DNA from: an uncultured Comamonadaceae bacterium
GTDB taxonomy: Bacteria > Bacteroidota > Bacteroidia > Flavobacteriales_D > Sanyastnellaceae
Length of the DNA: 64,000 nt
Reading direction: 5' to 3'
NCBI GenBank assembly: GCA_964405405.1
Contig: CAYONT010000002.1
Location: 77,907 to 141,906 of the forward strand
In this document: positions 46,718-56,236 of the stretch, piece after piece
How the letters are laid out: each line of letters starts with the position of its first letter
Numbering within the stretch: position 1 is the first letter of the stretch
Made by a program: the position numbers and the translations under genes
The notes under the pieces: model-generated
What the model was told of the DNA's origin: nothing
Seen by the model: the letters and a program-made list of their open reading frames with translations, nothing else
The model's database searches: none

Positions 46718-47955
46718 TGGAAGGCGCCGTCGCCGGTGCACCCTTGTCTGGAAAGCGGATCCTGTTGGGAGTCACCGGCAGCATTGCCGCGTACAAAGCT
46801 GCTCTGCTGGTAAGAGAACTCATTCGAGCCGGGGCCAAGGTTCGCGTGGTCATGACGGCGGGCGCAACAGAGTTTATCACTCCGCTCACCTTGGCTACCC
46901 TTTCCGGGCATCCCGTACACAGTGACTTCACTGAGAATCAAGAAGCAGGAACCTGGACCAACCACGTCGATTTGGGATTGTGGGGAGACCTGATTTTGGT
47001 GGCCCCCGCAACTGCCCATACCCTTGGAGCCATGGTATCTGGACATTGCGACAACCTGCTTCAAGCGGTTTTGCTCAGTGCACGCTGTCCTGTGGTCGTC
47101 GCGCCAGCCATGGATTTGGACATGTATGCCCACCCTGCCACCCAAGAAAACTTGCGGGTCCTCAGGGAGCGTGGGGTGCATATCGTGGAGCCCGGGACGG
47201 GCTTCTTGGCCAGTGGATTGGAGGGCAAAGGACGAATGGAGGAACCCGAAACCATCGTGCATTGGGTCACGGATTTTTTTGAAGGGAGTGCCCCCATGGC
47301 GGGCATGGAAGTGGTGCTTACTGCTGGACCCACCCATGAACCCATTGATACGGTTCGTTTCATCGGGAACCACAGCACCGGTAAAATGGGCTACGCCATT
47401 GCACGGGCCTTGGTGGGAGTTGGGGCCAGGGTCCACCTGGTCTCTGGCCCAACGGGACTTGACATCCCAGATGGTTTGGCCTCCTTTCACCGCATTCAAT
47501 CGGCTGCAGAATTGGGAGACAAGGTCGCTGTTCTTTGGCCCCAATGCCATGTGGGCATCGCATGTGCCGCCGTTGCCGATGTTCGCCCAGCCCTGCGCCA
47601 TGACCGAAAGTGGAAACGAGGTGAATTGCCTGCTGCCATTCCGCTCGAGCCCACCACCGATGTCTTGGCCGCGATGGGGACCACCAAGAAACCGCATCAA
47701 TACCTCATGGGATTTGCGCTCGAGGATGACGAAGGAATGGCTCGCGCTCGAGAAAAAATGATCAGGAAGCAATGTGATGCCATCGTACTCAACACCCTCT
47801 TAACCGACGGTGCTGGATTTGGTACCGACACCAATGAAGTTGTGGTACTAACCCAAGGGGGAGATTCACATACATTTGGACTTAAATCAAAGAACTTAAT
47901 CGCCTCGGAGCTCGTATCCTTCCTGGTAGATGCGCTTCAAAATCAACGGAAATGA
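46717..47955 (+). CDS. coaBC: Bifunctional phosphopantothenoylcysteine decarboxylase / phosphopantothenate-cysteine ligase
   Basis: 412 aa. The N-terminal flavoprotein motif ILLGVTGSIAAYKA, PAMDLDMY, and a C-terminal CoaB domain (NHSTGKMG). Confidence 0.92.
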   Translation: MEGAVAGAPLSGKRILLGVTGSIAAYKAALLVRELIRAGAKVRVVMTAGATEFITPLTLATLSGHPVHSDFTENQEAGTWTNHVDLGLWGDLILVAPATAHTLGAMVSGHCDNLLQAVLLSARCPVVVAPAMDLDMYAHPATQENLRVLRERGVHIVEPGTGFLASGLEGKGRMEEPETIVHWVTDFFEGSAPMAGMEVVLTAGPTHEPIDTVRFIGNHSTGKMGYAIARALVGVGARVHLVSGPTGLDIPDGLASFHRIQSAAELGDKVAVLWPQCHVGIACAAVADVRPALRHDRKWKRGELPAAIPLEPTTDVLAAMGTTKKPHQYLMGFALEDDEGMARAREKMIRKQCDAIVLNTLLTDGAGFGTDTNEVVVLTQGGDSHTFGLKSKNLIASELVSFLVDALQNQRK

Positions 47956-48860
47956 CGATTCCACGTTTCATCCCTTGGGTCCTGATATTCTCTGGCATCG
48001 GGGCCTTTCATCCCCTGATGGCCCAAGAACTCAATTGTCAGATTTCCGTGATTTCTCCTCAAATCGCCAACGTAGAGGGTTCCATATTTGAATCACTGGA
48101 GGATGCTATTCAGGAATTCATGAACGGAAGGCGTTGGACAAATGATGACTTCCGCTTGGAAGAACGGATCGAATGCACGATGCAGATCACCATCTCCGAG
48201 GCTCCCTCTGCAACCAGTTTCAAGGGAACGCTGCAGGTTCAAAGCTCCAGACCGGTTTATAATTCTGATTACAAAACACCACTCTTGTTGGTAAATGATG
48301 GGGACTTTGAGTTCATCTGGGACGGAAGTTCAACCATTCAATTCAGCTTGGACCAGCATCGGGACAACCTCTCCTCCGTTCTCGCTTACTACGCGTACAT
48401 GATCCTGGGGATGGACTACGATTCCATGGCATTGGAAGGTGGAACGGATCATTACTTAAAAGCCCAAACCATCGTGGCCAATGCGCAGAGTGCAGGCAAC
48501 CTGGGCTGGAAAGCTAGTCAAGGACAACAAAATCGCTATTGGTTGGTCGAGAACATGTTGTCACAAACCTTCAGGCCTGTTCGCAACTGTCTTTACAATT
48601 ACCACAGGTTGGGTTTGGACCGACTTTATGACGACGTGGAACGCGGTCGACTCACCATGGCCGATGCCTTGATTGAGATGCGCAATACCCACAGAATCAG
48701 ACCTTCATCTTACAACCTTCAGCTTTTCTTCCTTGCGAAGGTGGATGAAATTCTCAAAGTATTCACTCCGGCACCAGAGGCCGAACGTGCCCGCTTGCTT
48801 CCGGTCCTCAAACAAATGGACCCCGGGAACATCAACAAGTACGACAACGCCTTGGGTTGA
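47952..48860 (+). CDS. DUF4835-family protein (possibly the PorD-type T9SS-associated protein in recent nomenclature; not verified)
   Basis: 302 aa. Signal peptide ending in MAQE, then LNCQISVISPQIANVEGSIFESLEDAIQEFMNGRRWTNDDF, which is typical of DUF4835. Conserved location between coaBC and recN. Confidence 0.7.
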   Translation: MTIPRFIPWVLIFSGIGAFHPLMAQELNCQISVISPQIANVEGSIFESLEDAIQEFMNGRRWTNDDFRLEERIECTMQITISEAPSATSFKGTLQVQSSRPVYNSDYKTPLLLVNDGDFEFIWDGSSTIQFSLDQHRDNLSSVLAYYAYMILGMDYDSMALEGGTDHYLKAQTIVANAQSAGNLGWKASQGQQNRYWLVENMLSQTFRPVRNCLYNYHRLGLDRLYDDVERGRLTMADALIEMRNTHRIRPSSYNLQLFFLAKVDEILKVFTPAPEAERARLLPVLKQMDPGNINKYDNALG

Positions 48861-48866
48861 TCCATC

Positions 48867-50552
48867 ATGTTGCGCATCTTGGAAGTGCATCAGTATGCAC
48901 TTATTGAACACTTGCGTGTCGAGTGGCAAAGTGGATTGACCACGCTAACTGGAGAAACGGGGTCAGGAAAGTCCATCTTACTCGGGGCTTTGGGATTGGC
49001 TTTGGGAGAACGTGCAGACGTTTCTAGCATTCGCAAAGGGGCCGAAAAATGCTGGGTAGAAGCCGTGTTTGATTTGACTCCACGGTCCCATTCGTGGCTA
49101 GAGCAACGAGGCTTGGATGTGTTTGAAGAAATCACCATCCGCCGCGAACTAGGATCACAAGGTCGATCGCGTGCTTTTGTAAACGACACACCGGTCAATC
49201 TGAGCGATTTGCGGGAACTAGCGGGTCAATTGGTCGATTTACACGGACAAGATGACACCAGGGCATTGTTGGACCGGGAACGCCGATTGGATTGGATTGA
49301 TGGCCGACTCGAGCAACCTGACGTGATTGAAGCCTACCGAATCGCATGGGATGCCTTTGGAAAGGCACAGCGTGACCTGGACCAACTGCACCAGGAATGG
49401 GGAGGAATCGACCCTGATTATCTTCAATTCCAACTGGCCGAATTGGATACACTGCAGGTAGCGGATCAAGATTGGGAGGCACTCGAAAACAAGCGATCTA
49501 CACTTCTTCACGCGGATGGAATTCGGAGTGCGTTGCTCTTGGCATGGCAATCCTTGGGCGGAGGTAACGATGGCGAACCGGATGTCCTCAGCCTGCTCAA
49601 ATCTGTTGAGAAGCAACTGGGGGCGGCTTCTTCCTTGCTTCCTCGGCTGGAGCAAATTCACACCGAAGTGAACGAAGCATTGACTGAACTCAAGGAGGTG
49701 GGACGTGAAATCGCCCGTGAAGCCGATGCTGTTCAGGAAGATCCGGAATCGCTCGCCCGTTTGCACCTCCAATTCGATGAACTTCAGCGCTTGATGGCGA
49801 AACACCGTTGCCAGGCTGTTTCTGATTTGGTCGCCTTTCACCGCCAGCTGCGCATGCAATGGGACCGTTGGTGTGAATCTGCCGCGCTTCGGGAAGAGGC
49901 GATTGTGCGACTGAAGGAGTGTCAAGAAACACTGCAGAAGGAATCCCAAGTTTTGACAAAACTTCGCATGAAAGCGGGGGAAGACCTAGCTGCAGCCATT
50001 GCAACCACCCTGAAGAGCCTTCACATGCCCCATGCTCGGTTGGTTTTTCAATGGAAATCGAAGAACACTTGGGATGCCTGGGGCATCGATGATGTCGACT
50101 GGCTGTTCAGCGCCAATCCCGGAAGCCCTCCCCTGCCCTTGCATCTGGTTGCGTCGGGTGGAGAACGGAGCCGATTGATGCTGGCCATCAAATCGGTGGT
50201 AGAGAGCGGAAGGGGGGTTCCGACCATTGTCTTGGACGAGATTGACACAGGCGTTTCGGGCCAAGTCGCGGAGAAAATGGCGCGTACCATGCAACACATG
50301 GCCATTTCCCGCCAAGTCCTTGCCATCACCCACCTCCCCCAGGTTGCCGCAGCAGGCCATCAGCAATGGGAAGTGGCCAAATTCGAATCGGCAGGCTCAA
50401 CCACCACCCAACTGATTCCATTGACTGCCTCCTCAAGGGTGCAAGCCATCGCCAGAATGCTCAGCGGTGCTGAGGTCAGCGAAGCCGCAACACAGCATGC
50501 ACAAAGCTTGCTGGACGCCCTCCGGTCAGAAACTCCAATCCAATCCCACTGA
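48867..50552 (+). CDS. recN: DNA repair protein RecN
   Basis: 561 aa. N-terminal Walker A GETGSGKS, a long coiled-coil middle, and a C-terminal signature/Walker B (SGGERSRLMLAIK, IVLDEIDTGVSG). Confidence 0.92.
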   Translation: MLRILEVHQYALIEHLRVEWQSGLTTLTGETGSGKSILLGALGLALGERADVSSIRKGAEKCWVEAVFDLTPRSHSWLEQRGLDVFEEITIRRELGSQGRSRAFVNDTPVNLSDLRELAGQLVDLHGQDDTRALLDRERRLDWIDGRLEQPDVIEAYRIAWDAFGKAQRDLDQLHQEWGGIDPDYLQFQLAELDTLQVADQDWEALENKRSTLLHADGIRSALLLAWQSLGGGNDGEPDVLSLLKSVEKQLGAASSLLPRLEQIHTEVNEALTELKEVGREIAREADAVQEDPESLARLHLQFDELQRLMAKHRCQAVSDLVAFHRQLRMQWDRWCESAALREEAIVRLKECQETLQKESQVLTKLRMKAGEDLAAAIATTLKSLHMPHARLVFQWKSKNTWDAWGIDDVDWLFSANPGSPPLPLHLVASGGERSRLMLAIKSVVESGRGVPTIVLDEIDTGVSGQVAEKMARTMQHMAISRQVLAITHLPQVAAAGHQQWEVAKFESAGSTTTQLIPLTASSRVQAIARMLSGAEVSEAATQHAQSLLDALRSETPIQSH

Positions 50553-52874
50553 AGGGAGGAAGGGGAGCTGATCCACCCGCTCTCCTGTGATTCGGTTGAT
50601 GTAGAAGACGTTCCTTCTGCTGTAAGCATTTGTTACCCCCACAGACAAAGACAGGGTTTGGTTATCAGTGGGATGGAAATCTCTCCGCAGACTCAAATCC
50701 AAACGATGGTAAGCAGGCAATCTTCCCTCATTGAGACCTGCAAACTGCAATCCTAATTCGGGGCTGTTCGCGAGGATGTAGTCAGAACCGATCCCATCAG
50801 CTACGTTGGGTGGTTGATAATATCCCTGCGTTTGGGTGAACGGCAACCCCGACCCCAAATTCCATCGGGCAGAAACTTCCCAAAGCCCATCCTTGCCCAA
50901 ACCCTGAGATGCAACCAGATTGACGTTGTGGGTTCGGTCAAATACCGGATCATACCATCTGAATCCATCCCAACGATCCACATTCGCAATGCCATAAACC
51001 AACCAGAGGTAAGTGAACCGATTCTCATACTTGAGAACAATGTCCGCACCCACCGCATAACCCGTTTCCACGATGAAGTCCTTTCGTAGTAGGGCCGGGA
51101 CGTCTGAATTTTCAGCATTGTCCTCAAAGAGCTTGTTCCGATTGGGATTTGTCAACTGCGTAAAATCCTTCAAAAACCCTTCCACATTCAGGTTGAAATG
51201 TTCGGTCAAATCATACTCAAACCCCATGATCAAGTGGTTTGCTGTTTGCAGCGAGTGCCTGACTTCGCGGATGTCTCCGTTGGGGGTTGTCAAGTCTCTT
51301 TGCAAGTTGCTGGGTCCGGACAGGAAACCGTAAAAGAGATTGACCACGTCCCGGTCTGAATTGGAACTGATGATGTTCTGGGAGTAGATTCCTGCTGCCA
51401 ACTTGAGCCGGAGCCGCTCGTTCCACTTGTATTTGATTCCCAAGCGGGGTTCGGGCCGGAACTTCGCAAGCGAGCTGTAATACTGAAGGCGGAAGCTGGG
51501 TTGAACGATCCAACGGTCTCGGTGGATTCGGTAATCCACATAGGCTCCAAATTCCGTGGTGTTTTCCTCCTGCTCCACCCCTACCCCCAACAAGTTGAAG
51601 GTGCGAAAGTCCGTGCGAAGCCCGACCACTTCCATTCCATACTGAACATCATCTTCGCCCAAAATGTACTTGAAGTCCAATCCAAAGTTGAATCCGTTGA
51701 CCGTACTGTACCGATCGGGCACACCCTCCTCTTGCAACGCGATGTCATAACGACTTGCGGCAAAATGTCCATTCATCAAGATGGCAGACCCACTCGGCAC
51801 CACAACAAAGTTTCCGCCCCCACCGATATTCGTCCACCCCAATCGAGAAAGCGCTTGGTAGCTTACCTGGTCGTTGAAAGAGAATCCGAAAAGACTGAAT
51901 TTGCTGCCTCCGCCCCCGGAGAAACTAACCTTGCCATATCCGTCGGTGAAATTGAACGGAAGCCCTTGACCATCTCTGTTCACGTAATCATACAAAACCT
52001 TGGATGTTTGCTCCAGGTAGCTGTGCTTGAGTGAGAGGATGTATGAAATTCCAGTACCCTCGCTGTTGAGACGCATCAAAGGACCCTCTACCAACAGTTT
52101 GGCGCCAAAAGGGCTTGCACCAATTTTTCCAGTCAACATTTGTTTGTTCCCATCCCGGGTAGTGATGTCCATGACTGAGGAGATCCTTCCACCGAATTTG
52201 GCGGAGAAGGCTCCCGTGTACACGTCTGCATTGGAGACCACATCCGAATCAAACACACTGAACAAACCAATGCTGTGAAAGGCATTGTACACAATCATTC
52301 CATCCAACAAAACCTTGTTCTGGATGGGTGAACCGCCCCGGATGTACAACTGCCCACCCTGGTCACCTGTCGAGACAAAACCAGGCAAAACCTGCAGTGC
52401 TTGCACCAAATCCGGTTGGCCTCCAAAACTGGGAATCCGCTTCAAATCTGAAGGTCGGATGGTTTCAATGGACATGTTGACATTGCGCTCTTGCTGGTCT
52501 CGGTCGGTAGATACTTCAGCAGCCCCCAATGCAATCACCTTGGATTCCAACATGAAATTCCGCGTGAGAATCTTGCCGTCCAGTATGTCAATTTCTCCGG
52601 AGGCGGGCTCATACTCCAACCCAGAGACGATAAGCTGGTATCGACCTGCTGGAACCTTGCTTATGCTGTAGTATCCATCGATGTCACTCATGACACCATG
52701 GGGGGTGCCTTCCAGGAAAACACTGGTGAACATGACTGGTTCACCGGTCTTCGCATCCCGCAAGAAGCCCTTCACGGTGCCTTGTGCCCAAGTAGCTCCG
52801 GGGATGACAAAACCAATGAACAACATCCAACGCACAAAGCGCATGATGGCAAACCCTGACCTGAAATCTTGCAT
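50526..52874 (-). CDS. TonB-dependent receptor with N-terminal carboxypeptidase-regulatory-like domain
   Basis: 782 aa. Signal peptide, then the CarboxypepD_reg pattern (GTVKGFLRDAKTGEPV...SDIDGYYSISKVPAGRYQLIVSGLEY), a plug (VQALQVLPGF...LYIRGG), and a beta-barrel ending in the aromatic terminus GLDWSF. The 3' end overlaps recN by 27 nt (convergent). Confidence 0.85.
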   Translation of the reverse strand: MQDFRSGFAIMRFVRWMLFIGFVIPGATWAQGTVKGFLRDAKTGEPVMFTSVFLEGTPHGVMSDIDGYYSISKVPAGRYQLIVSGLEYEPASGEIDILDGKILTRNFMLESKVIALGAAEVSTDRDQQERNVNMSIETIRPSDLKRIPSFGGQPDLVQALQVLPGFVSTGDQGGQLYIRGGSPIQNKVLLDGMIVYNAFHSIGLFSVFDSDVVSNADVYTGAFSAKFGGRISSVMDITTRDGNKQMLTGKIGASPFGAKLLVEGPLMRLNSEGTGISYILSLKHSYLEQTSKVLYDYVNRDGQGLPFNFTDGYGKVSFSGGGGSKFSLFGFSFNDQVSYQALSRLGWTNIGGGGNFVVVPSGSAILMNGHFAASRYDIALQEEGVPDRYSTVNGFNFGLDFKYILGEDDVQYGMEVVGLRTDFRTFNLLGVGVEQEENTTEFGAYVDYRIHRDRWIVQPSFRLQYYSSLAKFRPEPRLGIKYKWNERLRLKLAAGIYSQNIISSNSDRDVVNLFYGFLSGPSNLQRDLTTPNGDIREVRHSLQTANHLIMGFEYDLTEHFNLNVEGFLKDFTQLTNPNRNKLFEDNAENSDVPALLRKDFIVETGYAVGADIVLKYENRFTYLWLVYGIANVDRWDGFRWYDPVFDRTHNVNLVASQGLGKDGLWEVSARWNLGSGLPFTQTQGYYQPPNVADGIGSDYILANSPELGLQFAGLNEGRLPAYHRLDLSLRRDFHPTDNQTLSLSVGVTNAYSRRNVFYINRITGERVDQLPFLPSVGLDWSF

Positions 52875-53006
52875 GGTTCGCGAATTTAGCGTGAACGCCA
52901 GCAGGTTTTGCGGGGGGGCACCGGATGGGAACCATATTTTTCACAGGCATCCCTTATCTTCGGCATGCGATTTGTCTATCCGAACCGTAAGAAATCTCAG
53001 GAAGTC

Positions 53007-53768
53007 ATGAAGAATTGGTTCTTTGCCACAGGGCTCATGCTCACGCTTTTCGCGCAGACATTGATGGGGGTTGCCCAAGACGAGAAGCCCTTGATTCCAG
53101 AAAGTGTCTACGATGAGATGTTGATGTGGATGGTCGATGGCAAGTACGAGAAGGTGCTCTACAAGGCCATTCGATACACGGAGGAAGAAGCAACATCCAA
53201 AGAACCTCGTCCCTATGTATTCATGGCAGAGGCCTATTTCCGGATTTCACAAAGTGACGATGCCGTGCTCAAGGCGAAGTATCCCAATGCGCTGAAGGAT
53301 GCTTTGAAGTATGCCGTCAAATTTCGAAAGAAAGACAAAGACGACCAATACTTCGCGCAATACATGGAGTTCATCAACGCACTTCGCAGGGCAGCCATGA
53401 ACGAAGCAGAAGCCATGGTCGACGAGGAGAAATTTGCCAAAGCGAAAGGCATGTACAAGTACTTGTACGACTTGGATGTTGAGGATCCGGGTGCTTGGAT
53501 CATGTATGGATCGGTCCTATGGAAAGCAAAAGCAACCCGGGACGCTCAAGAAGCATGGGCCGTCGCAGAGAAGTTGCTCACCGAGCAAGGAGGAAAGGGC
53601 CTGCAGCCCATTCAGCTGGATTTGCTGAAGTATGCCATCATCTACACAGCGGAGCAATTGGAGGCCGCAGGGGACAATGCAGGAGCGCTGCGTTGGGTCC
53701 AGTTGGCTGGGCCGCTCTTTGACAAAGACAAAGAATTCGTGGCTGTCAAGCGTGCCATTGGTGGTTAA
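53007..53768 (+). CDS. Secreted all-alpha (TPR-like) protein of unknown function
   Basis: ORF 52908..53768 trimmed to ATG 53007 (MKNWFFATGLMLTLFAQTLMGVAQDE, a signal peptide). Lys/Glu/Ala-rich helical sequence with no catalytic motif that I recognise. Confidence 0.5.
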   Translation: MKNWFFATGLMLTLFAQTLMGVAQDEKPLIPESVYDEMLMWMVDGKYEKVLYKAIRYTEEEATSKEPRPYVFMAEAYFRISQSDDAVLKAKYPNALKDALKYAVKFRKKDKDDQYFAQYMEFINALRRAAMNEAEAMVDEEKFAKAKGMYKYLYDLDVEDPGAWIMYGSVLWKAKATRDAQEAWAVAEKLLTEQGGKGLQPIQLDLLKYAIIYTAEQLEAAGDNAGALRWVQLAGPLFDKDKEFVAVKRAIGG

Positions 53769-53783
53769 ACAAAGACCGAAGGT

Positions 53784-54950
53784 TCAAGCCACAGGTGATT
53801 CGATGCCCGCTGCGCGATAAGCCGTACGCAACACTTCAGCTTCCTTGTCCCAGTGCAATTCGGAGGCAGCAACTTCTAGGCCTCTTTGGTAGTTTCCTGG
53901 GGGCTTGGATAAAATGGTTCGAATGCCGTTTGCCCAACCCGAGGGTGTATCTTCCAAAACGACCTCCCCAACTCCATATCCCATGACCAGCGATTTGCAG
54001 TCTGGTAACTCATTGGTCAACACGGGAACGCCCGCTTGGATGTACTCGAACAACTTGTTGGGAAGGCAGTACAGATAACTCAGGCAAACAGGGGCAACGG
54101 AAACCAGTCCCACATCTGCGGTCCGTGTCCAAGACAAAACTGAATCGTAAGGAACCGCAGGCATGTAGTGTACATTCGAACGACTACCTACCGCTTCATC
54201 AACCAAAGGTTGAAGAGGACCGTAGCCCATGAAAACCAGATGGATGTTCTCTTGCAGGAGGAGTGATGCTGCCTGAATGCAAGTCTCCAAGCCCCTGTTG
54301 TATGTGAAAGCGCCCTGGTAGAGTACAATGCGTGAATCCTCAGGCAATCCAAAGTGTGTCTGAAATCCGGAAACGGAAGGATGACCTAACCGTCCTTGTG
54401 GCGCGTGGGGAACGTTGCGCACCATAAAAATGCTCCCCATCCCTGAACCTTGGTACTTGTCCTGGTAGTACTGCAGGATGGAAGGACTAACGACGAGGGT
54501 TACCGCTGCATGGCGGATGAACCGATGCTCCAACCAGCTGATGGTCCTCCGCATCCAACGAGGTTGAGCATTGCGTTCAGATTCGAGTTCATGGCAATCG
54601 TAAACCAATCGGAGCTGAGGGTTCCGGAACAGAGCGGCTACGCCGATCACGAAGGTCTCTATGTCATTGCAATGCCAAGCATCTGCGCCAGCATGCCGGT
54701 GCATCACGCGCACAGTCCATTCAAACCACTTCACCATGCCACCAAATTTGCCCCCGGGCAAACGGCGACTCCAAAGCTTGAGCCGAAAAACCTGTACGCC
54801 ATCCTCCCCACGCTGTTTCTCGGGCAGTCCAGGCCGCCAAAGCGCCAAAACTTGCACTTCATGGCCCGACTCGTGTAGCGTTCGGGCGATCTTCAGCACG
54901 CGGTTATCACGGGTGAAATCATTCAAAACGAGTACATTGATCTTGCTCAT
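53784..54950 (-). CDS. Glycosyltransferase, GT-B fold (GT4-like); paralog of 12916..14052
   Basis: ORF trimmed to ATG 54950 (MSKINVLVLNDFTRDNRVLKIARTL), overlapping the flippase stop as ATGA. Motifs LVYDCHEL, LYQGAF, LPNKLFEYIQAGVPVLTN. Confidence 0.75.
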   Translation of the reverse strand: MSKINVLVLNDFTRDNRVLKIARTLHESGHEVQVLALWRPGLPEKQRGEDGVQVFRLKLWSRRLPGGKFGGMVKWFEWTVRVMHRHAGADAWHCNDIETFVIGVAALFRNPQLRLVYDCHELESERNAQPRWMRRTISWLEHRFIRHAAVTLVVSPSILQYYQDKYQGSGMGSIFMVRNVPHAPQGRLGHPSVSGFQTHFGLPEDSRIVLYQGAFTYNRGLETCIQAASLLLQENIHLVFMGYGPLQPLVDEAVGSRSNVHYMPAVPYDSVLSWTRTADVGLVSVAPVCLSYLYCLPNKLFEYIQAGVPVLTNELPDCKSLVMGYGVGEVVLEDTPSGWANGIRTILSKPPGNYQRGLEVAASELHWDKEAEVLRTAYRAAGIESPVA

Positions 54951-56236
54951 GTCAAGTGCTTTTCTGCCCGTTGAACCGTCCAAGCCATTTGGGCCAAACT
55001 GAGCAGGTAATAAAGGACCTTCGCCACCACAATCCCCCGCAATGGATCCAGGTGATCTGGGCCGCCTGCTCCCATGCTTCCCAACCACCATCCCACCAAC
55101 ACAAACACCAAATGCAATCCATCCATCACAAAGATGGCCTTCGACCTCCGCAATTTGTGCAAAATCCCGCCCAAGCCTGCCGTAATGAAATTCAAAGCGA
55201 ACCATGGCGCCAGGATGCGCATCACGCCACGGGCCGGCTCCCAGTCAACACCAAAAATCCATCCCACCCAACCTTCCGGAACCGAATAAACCACCAATGA
55301 AACGGCACAAGCCACCCCGCCCATTCCCGCTGCAGCACGCCAGAAGGCCCGGCGCAGGGAGGTGGCGTCTGAGATTTGGCTGATGTGACGGTAAAAGACG
55401 GGGGCAAAGGCCTGGGAAATAACCGTCAAGGGCTGCAACACCATGCGGCGGGACAGGGCTACCAGACCCAGCACCCACAAATCCACCTGTGCAGCCAACA
55501 ACACCACGTGAAGCCATTGAGCCAATCGATTGGTCAAACTCCCAAGCAAAATCCAGGTGGGGTAATCAGCATAGGCCAGAACCGCAGAACGCCATTCCTT
55601 CCAAGGCATACGCCACCAGCCATGGGAAACAGTGCCAAACCAGCGCCTCAAATAAGCCGTCCGAACCACCGTCCCAGCGGAGACTCCCCACACAAGCCCC
55701 CCGGGCGCAATGGGTGTTCCCGAAGCGAGCCATTTCACCGATTCCGTTGCCCAGGGACCGATGGCATTGGAGGCAGCGACCGTTCCTGTGCGGCCCAATC
55801 GAAGCCCCCAGTATTCCCAGAGTTTGGCCTGAGCGCTTGAGAAGGTCATCGCTCCAGCCAATGCGGCAAACACGGCAGCCCCCACCGACGAAAGCCCCAG
55901 TGGGGATCGCCATAGCCCCATGGTGGCCAGCCCTACGACGGAACCGAGCAATGAAACCCAGGCCGCAGCCCACATACCCGCGCGCAAGAGCGCCTGGGCC
56001 TTGACCTCCGACTCTGGCAGCATAACCGCCTGCTCCAACCGCAACGTGGCGGCCGTCATACCCAGCGACAACACGAGCGCAAACCACTCCAAAAGGGCAA
56101 AATCATCCGGCCCGTATAGGCGCGTAAGGACCAATCCAGACAACACCGATACCCCTTGCCCGGCGAGCGTTCCTCCCATGATTTGGCCTGTTTGGAACAG
56201 AATTCGCCGCAGGCCAGACGGGGCGTTCTCGGGCAT
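54947..56236 (-). CDS. Polysaccharide/oligosaccharide flippase (MOP superfamily, Wzx-like)
   Basis: 429 aa with about 12 predicted TM helices. An N-terminal region typical of PST-family flippases (GGTLAGQGVSVLSGLVLTRLYGPDDFALLE). Located between a sugar oxidoreductase gene and a GT gene. Confidence 0.75.
   Translation of the reverse strand: MPENAPSGLRRILFQTGQIMGGTLAGQGVSVLSGLVLTRLYGPDDFALLEWFALVLSLGMTAATLRLEQAVMLPESEVKAQALLRAGMWAAAWVSLLGSVVGLATMGLWRSPLGLSSVGAAVFAALAGAMTFSSAQAKLWEYWGLRLGRTGTVAASNAIGPWATESVKWLASGTPIAPGGLVWGVSAGTVVRTAYLRRWFGTVSHGWWRMPWKEWRSAVLAYADYPTWILLGSLTNRLAQWLHVVLLAAQVDLWVLGLVALSRRMVLQPLTVISQAFAPVFYRHISQISDATSLRRAFWRAAAGMGGVACAVSLVVYSVPEGWVGWIFGVDWEPARGVMRILAPWFALNFITAGLGGILHKLRRSKAIFVMDGLHLVFVLVGWWLGSMGAGGPDHLDPLRGIVVAKVLYYLLSLAQMAWTVQRAEKHLT

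Noticed and set aside
52875-53006. Possible cobalamin riboswitch in front of the TonB-dependent receptor. The minus strand reads AAGATAAGGGATGCCTGTGAAAAATATGGTTCCCATCCGGTGCCCCCCCGCAAAACC, reminiscent of the GGGAA...GGTGAAAATCC...CCCGC core.
   Set aside because: I cannot find a B12 box (GCCAGGA.ACCTGCC-like) on that strand. The region is only about 130 nt. A -7-like box sits 6 nt from the receptor ATG, which argues against a long leader. A cmscan against the Rfam cobalamin models would settle it.
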